A stretch of 64,000 nucleotides of DNA from Candidatus Ozemobacteraceae bacterium (GCA_035373905.1 DAOSOK010000006.1:17102-81101); one strand, 5' to 3'; shown: positions 39,085 to 49,410, counted from the stretch's first letter. The notes: generated from the letters alone by a model not told the origin. Program-made: numbers and translations.

Positions 39085-40457
39085 CACGGCCTCCCGATCG
39101 ATCTGTATTCGAAGCCGAGCGTCTTCATCCGCGCCGGCTCGTAGATGTTGCGTCCGTCGATGATGACGGGCTTTTTCAGCAGCGTGCGCATCCGCTCGAA
39201 GTCCGGGCGCCGGAACTCGTTCCACTCGGTGACGACGACCAGCGCATCGGCCCCCTCGAGGGCGTCGTAGCTCCGCTTCACGTAGGTGATGCGGTCGCCG
39301 AAGGTTTTGCGCGCCTCGTCCATCGCCTCGGGATCGTAGACGCGAACGGCCGCGCCCGCGGCGAGCAGGCTCTCGATCAGCACGATGGCAGGGGCCTCGC
39401 GCATGTCGTCGGTGTTCGGCTTGAACGCGAGACCCCACACCGCGACCGTCCGGCCTTTGATCTGCCCGTCCAGGGCCTCCCGCAGCTTCGCGAACAGCAC
39501 CTCTTTCTGGCGCTTGTTCACCGCCTCGACCGCCTCGAGAATCTCGAGCTTGTAGGAGTTCGCGTTGCCGGTCCGCACGAGCGCCTGCACATCCTTCGGG
39601 AAGCAGCTGCCGCCGTAGCCGGCGCCGGGGAAGATGAACGAGTAGCCGATGCGCGAGTCGGAACCGATGCCGCGCCGCACGTTGTCGATGTTGGCGCCGA
39701 CCTTCTCGCACAGGTTCGCGATGTCGTTCATGAACGAGATCTTCGTCGCCAGCATCGCGTTGGCGGCGTATTTCGTCATCTCCGCCGAGCGGACGTCCAT
39801 GATCAGGATGGGCTTTTCCGTCCTGACGAACGGGGCGTACAGCTCCTTCATCAATTCCGCCGTGCGGGGATCGTCACAGCCGACGACAACGCGATCGGGC
39901 TTCATGAAATCGTCGATCGCGTTCCCTTCCTTCAGGAACTCGGGGTTGCTCACCACGTCGAACGGCACGTTCTCGCCGCGCCGCGCCAGCTCCTCCGAAA
40001 TGACCTTCCGGACCAGGTCGCCGGTTCCGACCGGCACCGTCGACTTGTCGACGATGATCTTGAAACTCTTCATGTGGCGCCCGATGTCGCGGGCGGCATT
40101 GAGAACGTAGGTGAGGTCCGCCGAGCCGTCCTCGCCAGGAGGTGTACCAACAGCTATAAAAAGCATCAGAGAAGCCTCGACGGCCTCCTCGATCTTCGTC
40201 GTGAAATGCAACCGCTCTTCGGCCATGTTCCGTTTGACGAGCTCGTCGAGACCGGGCTCGTAGATCGGGATCTCCCCGCGGTTCAGCCGCTCGACCTTTT
40301 CCGCGTTGATGTCGACGCAGATGACGTCGTTTCCCGACTCCGCAAAGCAGGTTCCCGTGACGAGGCCAACATAGCCGGTGCCGATCATGCCGATCTTCAT
40401 GGTTTCGAGGTTCCCTTCGATGAATGAGCTGTTGAATACTTCCTTCGAGAGTGCCAT
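39084..40457 (-). CDS. ugd: UDP-glucose 6-dehydrogenase
   Basis: [19 protein letters not shown]-binding motif and catalytic GGSCFPKD. Likely true start at the internal Met about 60 nt downstream of 40457. Confidence 0.9.
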   Translation of the reverse strand: MALSKEVFNSSFIEGNLETMKIGMIGTGYVGLVTGTCFAESGNDVICVDINAEKVERLNRGEIPIYEPGLDELVKRNMAEERLHFTTKIEEAVEASLMLFIAVGTPPGEDGSADLTYVLNAARDIGRHMKSFKIIVDKSTVPVGTGDLVRKVISEELARRGENVPFDVVSNPEFLKEGNAIDDFMKPDRVVVGCDDPRTAELMKELYAPFVRTEKPILIMDVRSAEMTKYAANAMLATKISFMNDIANLCEKVGANIDNVRRGIGSDSRIGYSFIFPGAGYGGSCFPKDVQALVRTGNANSYKLEILEAVEAVNKRQKEVLFAKLREALDGQIKGRTVAVWGLAFKPNTDDMREAPAIVLIESLLAAGAAVRVYDPEAMDEARKTFGDRITYVKRSYDALEGADALVVVTEWNEFRRPDFERMRTLLKKPVIIDGRNIYEPARMKTLGFEYRSIGRP

Positions 40458-40476
40458 AATACTACAAACGTCACAG

Positions 40477-41556
40477 ATGATAAAAACACTCGATCGCTAC
40501 ATTTTCAGCCAGCTCGTCGGGCCGTTCCTGTTCGGCTTTTTCATGTTCGTGGTCGTGATCGCCATCGATCCGCTGATGTCGGCGCTCCAGAACATCGTGA
40601 ACGAGAACGTTCCGGCGACGACCGTCATCCGGTGGTTCCTCTACCGCATGCCCCAGGACATGATGTTCACCTTCCCCATGTCCGTGCTGCTCTCGAGCCT
40701 GCTCGTGTTCGGCCGCATGTCGAAAGACTCGGAAACCACCGCGATGCGGGCCGGCGGCATCAACTTCTACCGCATCATGGTGCCGGTCATCGTGTTCGCT
40801 TTGACCATCACGGGCATCAGCATCGCCTTCAACGAGCTCGTCGTGCCGTATTCGAACCGGCGCGCCAACGAGATCCGCCGCGGCGAGATCATGCGACTGG
40901 TCGATCCCGAAGCGACCGAGAACTCGATCATGCGCGCGTCCGACGGCGGCTTCGTCTACGCCCGAAAAGTGTTCGAAGCCGCGGGAACGATGGAAAAGGT
41001 TCTCGTCGAGTATTACGACGCCGGCGTGCTCGTCAGGCGGCTCTCCGCGACGAGCGCTCGCTGGCTCGGCACCCATTGGCTGCTGAACGGGGTCGTCGAC
41101 CAGCGGTACCGCGACGGCCGCCCCGCCTCGACGACGACGATTCTCGAGATGCCCGTGACCGGCATCAGGGAAACGCCCGCCGATTTCGCGCGGCAGAGCA
41201 AGCGCCCCAACGAGATGAGCTACAGCGAGCTCAGCAAGCGCATCGAGACGTATGAACGGACCCAGTTCATGGAAACGACGGAGCTGAAAGTCGATCTCGC
41301 GATGAAGACCTCGCTGCCGTTCGCGAGCTTCTTCTTCGCGATCATCGGCGCCAGCTTCGGCCTGACGAGTTACCGCAGCGGCGCGTTCATCGGTTTCGGC
41401 GTGGCGATCATGATCATCTTCATTTACTACGTGCTGATGAGCATCTCGACCGCCCTCGGCAAATCCGGGGTGCTTCCGGTCATGCTTTCGGCCTGGATGC
41501 AGAACATCATCTTCGCCGTCGTCGGGTCGTATCTCGTTTCCAAGATCAATGCCTGA
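40477..41556 (+). CDS. LptF/LptG-family LPS export ABC permease
   Basis: Start [20 protein letters not shown] is the canonical YjgP/YjgQ N-terminus. 6 TM segments with a periplasmic beta-jellyroll insert. Confidence 0.8.
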   Translation: MIKTLDRYIFSQLVGPFLFGFFMFVVVIAIDPLMSALQNIVNENVPATTVIRWFLYRMPQDMMFTFPMSVLLSSLLVFGRMSKDSETTAMRAGGINFYRIMVPVIVFALTITGISIAFNELVVPYSNRRANEIRRGEIMRLVDPEATENSIMRASDGGFVYARKVFEAAGTMEKVLVEYYDAGVLVRRLSATSARWLGTHWLLNGVVDQRYRDGRPASTTTILEMPVTGIRETPADFARQSKRPNEMSYSELSKRIETYERTQFMETTELKVDLAMKTSLPFASFFFAIIGASFGLTSYRSGAFIGFGVAIMIIFIYYVLMSISTALGKSGVLPVMLSAWMQNIIFAVVGSYLVSKINA

Positions 41557-41590
41557 TCCGCGCGCGCCCTCCGGCAGCCATCTCCCGCAG

Positions 41591-43021
41591 ATGCCGTTTT
41601 CACGCCTTCCTGTCTTGCTTCTGCTGTTCCTGACGATCGCGTCCGTCTGCCGGGCGGCTTGGCCGACGGATATCCAACTGATCGTCACGGGGAATCTCGC
41701 CGGCAACATCGCGGCCCTGTCGGAAGATGGGAAGATCACGCCGGCCGGGTGCTGGAGCGTGCCGGAACTGATCCGGAAACTCCGCCTCGAGCGCCACGCA
41801 TCGTCTCTCGTCATCGGCGTCGGCAACGATGCGGATTTCCGCTCGCCCCTGTCGATCGCCGGCGGAGGGTCGGTCGAGCGCGACTGGGCGAACGGCGCCG
41901 GAATCGACGTTCTCGCCCTCGGACCGTCCGATCTCGCCGCCTGCGGAACCGCGCGGTCCATTCCCGGCGACCTGCTCAGGCGCATCTGGACGAACGTCTC
42001 GACGGCCCACGGCGACCAGGTGTTTCCCGGCTGGAAGCGAACGCGGATTTCGAATCGGAGCATCACGATTGCATCGCTCATTAGCCGCTCCCGCCTTGCC
42101 GACGTCCCCCTGTCCCGCTGGAGGCAACTGGTTGTCGAGCCGCCCCTCCATGCGCTGCACCGCATGCGGGCCCAGGCCCCCGATTCCGACCTGAAGATAC
42201 TCGTCTGCCATCTCGATGACGGCGATTTCGCTGACCTTGCCGGGGCCGCCCGTGCCGACGAACTGCTGCTCCGGGTTTCTCCCGAAGCAGGCACGCTCGA
42301 ACGGCCGGCCGGCTTCGAAAAGCCGCCGGCGGGCCCCGAAACGCATATCGTCGGGAACGGCAGTCGCTCGTTGCTCGTCATCCGCAGGTATTCGGCCGAA
42401 AGCGGTCGAACCGACGTCGAGGTGCGGCGTCTTCCTCTCGGGAAGATGCGAACGGCGGGCATCTCCGCCGTCCTGTCATCAGCGGCTTCGACGCTGCATC
42501 GCCCTCTCCGCGTCATCACCACCCGCGAGTGCTCCGATCCGCCCCCCTACGCACCGCGCGCGGAAGCCCACGCCGGGATCGTTCGGCGGGTCATGAGGGC
42601 CGACATCGCACTCGTCGCCGATGCAGACGGAGCATCCTGGTTCCGCGACCGCGTCGTCACTCCGTTGTCGGTCGTTTCCGCCTTCAACAACAAGAGGCTC
42701 CGCCTGTACAACCTCCCCGGTTCCGCCGTTCGTCAGTTGTTTTTCAGGCTTCTGCATGGTAGCTTTCCAAGAGGAATCGGCTCCGACGGGATCGCTCTCT
42801 CCCTTTCCTCGGGCATGCCGAAGAACCTCGTCATCAACGGCCACCCCCTCGATGAACGAACGGTGTACAAGGTTGCCGTTTCCGAAGATCTGTTCGACGA
42901 TCCATCCGTTGTATCCATTCTGGGAGGAAACGATATTTCCGAAAACCGAGGTATGACGCTCTGGGACGCCTGGATCGGCGAACTTCCGCAACTTCCCCGC
43001 CCCTTCGAACTCGTACGATGA
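41591..43021 (+). CDS. Secreted hypothetical protein
   Basis: Signal peptide MPFSRLPVLLLLFLTIASVCRA. No recognised catalytic motif. Confidence 0.5.
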   Translation: MPFSRLPVLLLLFLTIASVCRAAWPTDIQLIVTGNLAGNIAALSEDGKITPAGCWSVPELIRKLRLERHASSLVIGVGNDADFRSPLSIAGGGSVERDWANGAGIDVLALGPSDLAACGTARSIPGDLLRRIWTNVSTAHGDQVFPGWKRTRISNRSITIASLISRSRLADVPLSRWRQLVVEPPLHALHRMRAQAPDSDLKILVCHLDDGDFADLAGAARADELLLRVSPEAGTLERPAGFEKPPAGPETHIVGNGSRSLLVIRRYSAESGRTDVEVRRLPLGKMRTAGISAVLSSAASTLHRPLRVITTRECSDPPPYAPRAEAHAGIVRRVMRADIALVADADGASWFRDRVVTPLSVVSAFNNKRLRLYNLPGSAVRQLFFRLLHGSFPRGIGSDGIALSLSSGMPKNLVINGHPLDERTVYKVAVSEDLFDDPSVVSILGGNDISENRGMTLWDAWIGELPQLPRPFELVR

Positions 43022-43033
43022 CAAGGACGCACG

Positions 43034-43894
43034 ATGACTCACACGACCCTGTTGAAACCCGCTCCGCCGGCGGTTCTTGCATATATCCTGCTGATCATGT
43101 TTTCCACGCCTGTCGCAGGGGCTGACGTCGCCGTGCCGAATTCCTCCGCCCCTTCCGTCCTCGCGGCGTCCGCGTCCGTTCCGACGGCCACCTGCTCCGA
43201 ACGGCTCGCGAGCTGGACGCCGGATCCCGCCGTGACGGCCGAACTCGCCTCTTCCCCACAGCTGCTGAAACAGAAACTGGAAGAAGCGATGCGGGCCGTG
43301 GTGAAAGACCCGAAACTGCTCGACATCCGGATCGTGGAATATTCGCCCGAGTATACGAGCCGGGGTCGGCTCAAACAGGTAATCGTCAACACCGAGGGCG
43401 GAGAGGTCGACGGGTTGATCCTCCACCGGGCGTCGTTCAATTTCGACGACGTCCAGCTCGACACGACCAAGCTGCTTCGCGAAGCGAAGATCGACACGAT
43501 CGCGGTCTGCAACATCGACATGGACGTGCTCATCCTCGAATCCGACATGAACGCCTACCTGGGCGAAAAAGCGCGCAAAATCAAGGTCGACAACCCGCGA
43601 GTCGAGCTTGCGACCGGCCAGCTCATCCTCTCGGGATCGACAAAATACTCGCTTGTCAAAGTGAACTTCTGGGCCACCGGCAACTTCGAAGTGCGCGATT
43701 CCCAGCAGATCTGGTTCCACGCGAAAAAGATGAAACTCAACAGCATGAGCATGCCGCGCGCGTTCATCGGGACCATCATCAAGCGGATCAACCCAGTGCT
43801 AAATCTGGAAAAGTTCCCCTTCCGTTTGAATCTGAAGGAAATACGCATCGAGAAGGGCGCACTTCATTTCATCAGCACCCGCAAGGGCGAGTGA
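43034..43894 (+). CDS. Secreted hypothetical protein
   Basis: Hydrophobic N-terminus. 286 aa. No recognised motif. Confidence 0.5.
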   Translation: MTHTTLLKPAPPAVLAYILLIMFSTPVAGADVAVPNSSAPSVLAASASVPTATCSERLASWTPDPAVTAELASSPQLLKQKLEEAMRAVVKDPKLLDIRIVEYSPEYTSRGRLKQVIVNTEGGEVDGLILHRASFNFDDVQLDTTKLLREAKIDTIAVCNIDMDVLILESDMNAYLGEKARKIKVDNPRVELATGQLILSGSTKYSLVKVNFWATGNFEVRDSQQIWFHAKKMKLNSMSMPRAFIGTIIKRINPVLNLEKFPFRLNLKEIRIEKGALHFISTRKGE

Positions 43895-43948
43895 GGAAGC
43901 CGCAGGGACCGCGTGCGGCATGAAGCTGTGCCTGAGAGGAGGCCCGTC

Positions 43949-44761
43949 ATGCCGGCATACCAGCATCGCGTCACCCATGGATTGACCGTTTTTCTTCTCG
44001 CCCTCGTCTGTATCGCCGCGCTGTCTCTCGCCGGCCATGCCGACGTCGAGCGGATCGCGCCCCCGCAGCGCGGAATCACCGTCGAGGTCATCGGCGACGA
44101 GCGCGGAACGCTGTCCCTGGTCTCCACCGGCGGCGGCTGGTGGGAACGCAGCCGCCCGCCGTCGTATGTCGTCGAAGCCATGCGCGGCGAGCGCTATCGC
44201 CTGCGCGTCCGCAACGATTCCGGACGACGGGTCGGCCTGGTCATCGCCGTCGACGGCCGGAACATCATCACCGGCGACCGGTCGTATCTGCGGCCGTCGG
44301 AAGGAATGTACATCCTCAACCCCTGGTCGGAAGGCGAGTTTTCCGGCTGGCGAACCTCGACCCGGAGCGTTGCCCGGTTTTATTTCACCGACGAACAGGA
44401 TTCCTACGCCGGCAGGTGGGGCGACACCTCCCAGTTGGGCTGCATCAACGTCGCCGTTTTCGACGAGCGGCGTCCGATCTTCTATGAAGAACGGCTCTCG
44501 ATGAAGGATGGCGGCGTGGCACCGTCCCCCCGTGCCTCGTCAAAGATAGCTCCGGACCGGATGCGTGAATCGTCCGAAGCCGGAACGGGCTACGGCGAGC
44601 GCGAGTATTCCCCCGTGGAGACCACCACCTTCGACCCGGAGACATTCGCCCGGGAGCGAATTTCCATCCGCTACGAGTGGCCTGAGAGGCTTCGCCGCTA
44701 TACCGACCCTCCCGAGTACGACAACTCGCGGCATTTTTCGCCGCCGCCGCCCCGCCGGTGA
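43949..44761 (+). CDS. Secreted hypothetical protein
   Basis: GAGAGGAGG RBS then ATG at 43949. Signal peptide MPAYQHRVTHGLTVFLLALVCIAALSLAGHA. Pro/Arg-rich C-terminus. Confidence 0.5.
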   Translation: MPAYQHRVTHGLTVFLLALVCIAALSLAGHADVERIAPPQRGITVEVIGDERGTLSLVSTGGGWWERSRPPSYVVEAMRGERYRLRVRNDSGRRVGLVIAVDGRNIITGDRSYLRPSEGMYILNPWSEGEFSGWRTSTRSVARFYFTDEQDSYAGRWGDTSQLGCINVAVFDERRPIFYEERLSMKDGGVAPSPRASSKIAPDRMRESSEAGTGYGEREYSPVETTTFDPETFARERISIRYEWPERLRRYTDPPEYDNSRHFSPPPPRR

Positions 44762-44767
44762 CCTCCG

Positions 44768-45391
44768 ATGAGGACCCGCTCGCGATGGCTCTTTCTGCTC
44801 CCGGCGCTTTCCCTGCTATTGCTGAATGCGTCTGGCGTCGGCCTTTGGGCGGCTTCACGCCTTCCCGGGCCGCTGTCTCTGGAGCGGTTTCTCGAATCGG
44901 CGATGCTGCAGACGCGGCTCACCCTGTTCTACGATCCGTCCTACGTCAAGCTTCCCTACCCCAGCGGCGACGTTCCGATCGAGCGGGGAGTCTGCACCGA
45001 TGTGATCGTCAGGGCGTTCCGGGCCGTCGGCGTCGATCTCCAGAAACTCGTCCACGAGGACATGAAGCGGCACTTTCGCCTCTATCCGAAGCGCTGGGGC
45101 CTGACCAGGCCCGATCCCAACATCGATCACCGGCGGGTTCCGAACCTGGAAACCTTTTTTTCGCGTCACGGCATGAAGATCGCCGATCTTTCGCCGGCCT
45201 CCTTCCGCAAGGGTGATCTGGTCGTCTGGAACCTCCCCGGCGGGCTTCCGCACATCGGCATCGTCGCCACCGACCCCGCGACCGGTTCGCCGCGGCCCCT
45301 CTGCATTCACAACGTCGGTGCCGGCACGCGGCTCGAGGATGTTCTCGTCGAATGGCCCATCACGGCTCATTATCGCTGCGACTTCAAATAA
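44768..45391 (+). CDS. DUF1287 domain protein (secreted)
   Basis: Signal peptide plus YDPSYVKLPYPSGDVPIERGVCTDVIVRAFR, the characteristic DUF1287 motif. Confidence 0.7.
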   Translation: MRTRSRWLFLLPALSLLLLNASGVGLWAASRLPGPLSLERFLESAMLQTRLTLFYDPSYVKLPYPSGDVPIERGVCTDVIVRAFRAVGVDLQKLVHEDMKRHFRLYPKRWGLTRPDPNIDHRRVPNLETFFSRHGMKIADLSPASFRKGDLVVWNLPGGLPHIGIVATDPATGSPRPLCIHNVGAGTRLEDVLVEWPITAHYRCDFK

Positions 45392-45545
45392 ATGCGTCCA
45401 TATATTGCACCACATATCATGAATGTTCTTTCCGGAATGCGGTTTTCCGTACTTGCCAACGAAAACCGTTTCTGATAAACGGATAGAGACGGACGGCGTC
45501 GCCGTCCGGTTCCAACATCTCATCGCATGCATTTCGGGAGGGAAT

Positions 45546-46178
45546 ATGAAGAAATCGTTGTCGCTGGCCCTGGTGGCCATCATGGTTCTTGGCTTCTGCG
45601 TCGCCGCCACGGCCGCCGATGATCTGAAGGGCCGCATGGAAGAACTGCGCGCGATTCGCGCCCAGATCTGGTCGCTCGTTTCCAAGCCGATGCCCACGGC
45701 CGAAGATCGCGCCCAGCTCGAATCCCTCAAGCAGGAATACGAGGCGAAACGCTGGTCCGCCGCCGCTCCCGTCGCCGCTCAGAAAGAGCCCTCGCCCGCC
45801 GTCGAAGGCGACAAGGCTCCCGCCTGCGCGACCTGCCCCTCCGCCGGCATGCCCTGCCGGCCGGCCGGTGATGAGACGAAATGCGTCTGCTCGTGCGGCT
45901 GCCCCTGCTGCAAGGACGGCGTTTGCTCTGCCGACAAGCCCTGCTGCGAAACCTGCTGCTGCAAGGCCGGCTCGCCCTGCGCCAGGATGGAAATGCGCGG
46001 TTCCTGCAAGGAATGCCCCAAGGCCGAAATGAAGAAGTGCGAGAAATGCAGGAATTCCTGCAAAAAGCACGGCCGGAAGCACGGGAAGAAGCATGGGAAG
46101 AAGCACGGCTGCAAGAAGGGCGAAACCAGGAAGAGCGAATGCGCCGGTTCCGCCTGCACCCCCGACGCGGGCAAGTAA
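45546..46178 (+). CDS. Secreted Cys-rich protein with C-terminal HGKKHG repeats (putative metal-binding)
   Basis: Signal peptide MKKSLSLALVAIMVLGFCVAATA. About 27 Cys in CxC/CC/CxxC arrays (CVCSCGCPCCKDGVCSADKPCCETCCCKAG). Then HGRKHGKKHGKKHGCKKG. Confidence 0.6.
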   Translation: MKKSLSLALVAIMVLGFCVAATAADDLKGRMEELRAIRAQIWSLVSKPMPTAEDRAQLESLKQEYEAKRWSAAAPVAAQKEPSPAVEGDKAPACATCPSAGMPCRPAGDETKCVCSCGCPCCKDGVCSADKPCCETCCCKAGSPCARMEMRGSCKECPKAEMKKCEKCRNSCKKHGRKHGKKHGKKHGCKKGETRKSECAGSACTPDAGK

Positions 46179-46201
46179 TCAGCGTTTTCAAGCCTGAACG
46201 C

Positions 46202-46232
46202 AAACCGCGGGGCCGTCGGCCCCGCGGTTTGT
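46202..46232. terminator. Bidirectional rho-independent terminator between convergent genes
   Basis: caaaccgcggggccg-t-cggccccgcggtttg, followed by TTTGTT. Confidence 0.55.
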
Positions 46233-46244
46233 TACATTCACCCG

Positions 46245-46583
46245 CTATTCGACCTGGTCGAAATGCGCGTTCACCTTCGCAGCCATGATGAAATCGTTCT
46301 CGTGCAGTCCCTTGATCTTCGCCGTCCTGAAGACGACGATGCAGAATCCCCAGCCGATGGTGATGACGGGATGGTGGCCTTCTCTCTCGGCTAGCTCGCC
46401 CGTTTTCACGGCGAACGACATGGCTTTGATGAAGTTTTTGAAGGGAAATCGCCGGTGAATGGAGAGGCCGTCTTCCGACAGCTGCCACCCCGGCGTCTGT
46501 GCAAGAAATGCCTGCGCGGCGTCGCGCGACAGAGGCTCAACCCCGCCCTGGCAGGGAACGCAGTTTTTTTCCGTCAGTCCCAT
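46245..46583 (-). CDS. phhB: Pterin-4a-carbinolamine dehydratase
   Basis: PCD signature EREGHHPVITIGWG. 112 aa. Confidence 0.85.
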   Translation of the reverse strand: MGLTEKNCVPCQGGVEPLSRDAAQAFLAQTPGWQLSEDGLSIHRRFPFKNFIKAMSFAVKTGELAEREGHHPVITIGWGFCIVVFRTAKIKGLHENDFIMAAKVNAHFDQVE

Positions 46584-46611
46584 TTCCGACTCCTTCTCCC
46601 GATCCCTGGTG

Positions 46612-47676
46612 TTAGACGCTCATCATGCGATCCAGAGCCTCGCGGGCAGGCTCGCGGATCGTATCGGCAACCCGCACGACATTCAGTTCCCCCGGCCGGC
46701 TCAGCACCCATGCCATGTCCTGAAGGCTGTTCCGAAACATGTTCGGACACCGCGAGAGGGCCAGCGGCTTCACCGTGAGGTGCGGGTACTGTTTCGCCAG
46801 GCGCTCCACGAGACTGATTTCGGTTCCGATCACGAATGAATCGCCGGGCGCGGCGGCCGCAACCCGTTTGATGATCCATGAGGTCGATCCGGCGCCGTCC
46901 GACGTTTCAACGACGTCGCGTTCGCACTCGAGGTGCACCAGCACCTTCGAGCCGGGCAGATCGCGCCGGGCCGCGGCAACCTGTTCCGCCGTGAAGCGGG
47001 TGTGAACGTGGCAGTGGCCATTCCAAAGAAGGACTCTCGCCTTTTTCAGGCCGTCTGCCGTGTTGTCGCCCAGCGGCTGATAGGGCTTCCAGAGAAGGAT
47101 TTCTTCGTCTTTCATCCCCGCCGATCGCGCGACGTTGCCGCCGAGATTCCGGTCGGGCAGGAAGAAGAGCCTCGGACGGCGTTTCAACGCCCATTCGACG
47201 ATGCGCGCGGCGTTCGAGGAAGTACAGACCGTGCCTCCATGACGCCCGCAAAACGCCTTGATCTCGGCGCTGGAGTTCACGTAGGTAACCGGAATCACCT
47301 CGTTTTCCACGTCCATCACGCCCGACAGCTGTTGCCAGGCATCCTCCACTTCGCCGATGGAGGCCATATCGGCCATGGGACAACCGGCATCGGCATCGGG
47401 CAGAATGACCGTCTGCGAGGGAGCCGTAAGAATGTCGGCGGTCTCGGCCATGAAATGGACGCCGGCAAAGAGGATCAGCCGGGCCGTCGTTGCGGCCGCG
47501 GCGCGAGCCAGTTCGAGCGAGTCTCCACGATGGTCGGAAAGTTCGACCACGCCGTCGCTCTGATAATGATGTCCGAGAATGAGCAGATCGGAACCGAGCT
47601 CCCGCCTGCACGACCGAATGCGTTCGGCAGCCTCGGCATCCGACATCACTCGGAAATCTTCTGGAAGTTCCTGCAT
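46612..47676 (-). CDS. nadA: Quinolinate synthase
   Basis: NadA three-fold repeat with Fe-S Cys ligands (HCHVHTRF..., LILGHHYQ, VHFMAETAD). Start at the internal MQELPEDF preferred. Confidence 0.85.
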   Translation of the reverse strand: MQELPEDFRVMSDAEAAERIRSCRRELGSDLLILGHHYQSDGVVELSDHRGDSLELARAAAATTARLILFAGVHFMAETADILTAPSQTVILPDADAGCPMADMASIGEVEDAWQQLSGVMDVENEVIPVTYVNSSAEIKAFCGRHGGTVCTSSNAARIVEWALKRRPRLFFLPDRNLGGNVARSAGMKDEEILLWKPYQPLGDNTADGLKKARVLLWNGHCHVHTRFTAEQVAAARRDLPGSKVLVHLECERDVVETSDGAGSTSWIIKRVAAAAPGDSFVIGTEISLVERLAKQYPHLTVKPLALSRCPNMFRNSLQDMAWVLSRPGELNVVRVADTIREPAREALDRMMSV

Positions 47677-47748
47677 CTCGCACCGCCGCATGATGATTCC
47701 ATAAGAGCCTCTCACCATACCCCAAGGATCCCGGGCGGTCAATGAGCT

Positions 47749-49410
47749 CTATTCCCGATGATACCAGTCCTGACACCGGCGGCAAGGCGATCCCTCGGAC
47801 AGGCTCAGTTCGAGATGCTCGCGCCGGAAGCGGCGCCATGCGTCCCCGCTCCAAGCCTCTTCAAAGGATTTCATGGATCCGAGATTTCCCCATCCATGGG
47901 CCCCCTCGATATCGAACGGACAACGTGCGATCGATCCATCCTGGAGAATATATATCCCGAGAAGGGCATGGAGGCATGGTCTCCGGTTCAGGGGCTCGTA
48001 GCGTACCATTCCGGCATACTCTACGCACCCCAGGAACTCGGCGGCGCCGAGAATCTGGTACCACTGCACTTTCTGCGGCGGCGCATCCGTCGGCCACACG
48101 AAGAAGTTTTTTCGGAAAACCGGGGTACAGACCCGTTTCCAGTAACTGATGAACGGCCCGGCCGCCGCCTCGTTCTCCCGGTGTTTCAGAAAGGAAACGC
48201 CGATTTCCGGTCTGCGGCCCGGCGCTTCGGCCTTTCTGGCCGCCTCGGCCGCGAGGAATCGTTCGACCGCTTCCCACGAGCAGCCAGGTCGCATGGCGTG
48301 GAACTGTTCAGCGTCGAGCGCATCGACGCTGATTCTGACCAGATCGACGTGTTCCCAGGGAAACGCGTCGTGCAGACCGGCGTTCAGCGACGTGTGGATG
48401 GTGACATGTCGGTCCTTCACGCGTTCGACCATGGCACCCAGGCCGGGATTTGCGAGCGGCTCGCCCATACCGGAAAACACCCACCTCAGCCCCTCGACAT
48501 GGTGTATTTTACTCGTTATCGTTTCGAATGTTTCCGGCGACATGAGTCCATGCGGCCGACGAAGATGCGGCTGGGGACAATGCAGACAGGAACCGGCGCA
48601 GACGCTCGACGGCTCCACCCAGGCGGTGAGCGGTCCCTGATCGAGATAGACCTCTTCCCAACCGGATGTCGAAATCCAGTCGAGATACTCGAAGCCGGGG
48701 GTCGCAAAAGCGTCGCCGCCGCGCGCGTCGAGGGTCCGTGAAACCCGTTCGCAGGTGAGGCGGAGATCGGCCGGGAGTCGCGGTCTGTTCCGAGGGGCGT
48801 GATACTCGCCGATCCTGAAGGGATACAGCGGCTCCCTCAATGCCCACGCCAGGCCGCCCCGCGTCGCCATGATGTCGGGATGGCTCGCCTGGAGGCCCGC
48901 CACGAGGGTCCCCTCGAGAATCGCCCAGCCGCCCCCCGAGATTCGGTCTTCGGCAAACGTGACGTCGAAGCCTTCCCTCGCATGCAGGCGCAGACTCTCG
49001 ACGATGCCGCGGCGGTCCGCCAGCAGATTCTCGAGAGGGATGAGAACAAGCCTGTCCCAGCGGCGTTTCGCCGCCGTTGTCGCAATGGGCGTCCCCGCCC
49101 ATGTATCCGTTCCGATGTCGCTTTCGAGCTGCCAGCGCTCCTGCGAGGCCGACCACGGCTTCCCCTTCAGACCGGACGAGTCATATCGCTCGACGCCGGC
49201 GCGAAGAGCGACAGCCTGCTCAGCGAGCGGCTCCATCTCGACCCCGGACGGGGCCAGCAGCACGATCTCGTCGATTCCCGGGATGTTCCCGAGGCGCCCC
49301 GTCAAGATTTCAAGCGGGGTCCCGCGCGAACCGATCCGCCGATCCAGCCGCCAGACCGGCCGGTATCGCGGTTTCAGATCATCGACGAACAGGATCAGGC
49401 CGGTCCGCAC
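47749..49410 (-). CDS. Radical SAM / SPASM-domain enzyme fused to an N-terminal nucleotidyltransferase(cytidylyltransferase)-like domain
   Basis: Central CxxxCxxC (CAGSCLHCPQ) with a downstream GMGEPL glycine-rich SAM motif. C-terminal Cys cluster (CPFDIEGAHGWGN...CRRCQDWYHRE) consistent with a SPASM/twitch auxiliary Fe-S domain. N-terminal about 230 aa resemble SpsF/cytidylyltransferase-type alpha/beta domains. Last gene of the flagellar filament operon side. Confidence 0.75.
   Translation of the reverse strand: MRTGLILFVDDLKPRYRPVWRLDRRIGSRGTPLEILTGRLGNIPGIDEIVLLAPSGVEMEPLAEQAVALRAGVERYDSSGLKGKPWSASQERWQLESDIGTDTWAGTPIATTAAKRRWDRLVLIPLENLLADRRGIVESLRLHAREGFDVTFAEDRISGGGWAILEGTLVAGLQASHPDIMATRGGLAWALREPLYPFRIGEYHAPRNRPRLPADLRLTCERVSRTLDARGGDAFATPGFEYLDWISTSGWEEVYLDQGPLTAWVEPSSVCAGSCLHCPQPHLRRPHGLMSPETFETITSKIHHVEGLRWVFSGMGEPLANPGLGAMVERVKDRHVTIHTSLNAGLHDAFPWEHVDLVRISVDALDAEQFHAMRPGCSWEAVERFLAAEAARKAEAPGRRPEIGVSFLKHRENEAAAGPFISYWKRVCTPVFRKNFFVWPTDAPPQKVQWYQILGAAEFLGCVEYAGMVRYEPLNRRPCLHALLGIYILQDGSIARCPFDIEGAHGWGNLGSMKSFEEAWSGDAWRRFRREHLELSLSEGSPCRRCQDWYHRE

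Noticed and set aside
38062-39711. 549-aa ORF-track version of the nucleotidyltransferase
   Set aside because: The N-terminal roughly 210 residues are an Arg-rich frame overlapping ugd. The real start, [14 protein letters not shown] at 39084, overlaps the ugd stop.
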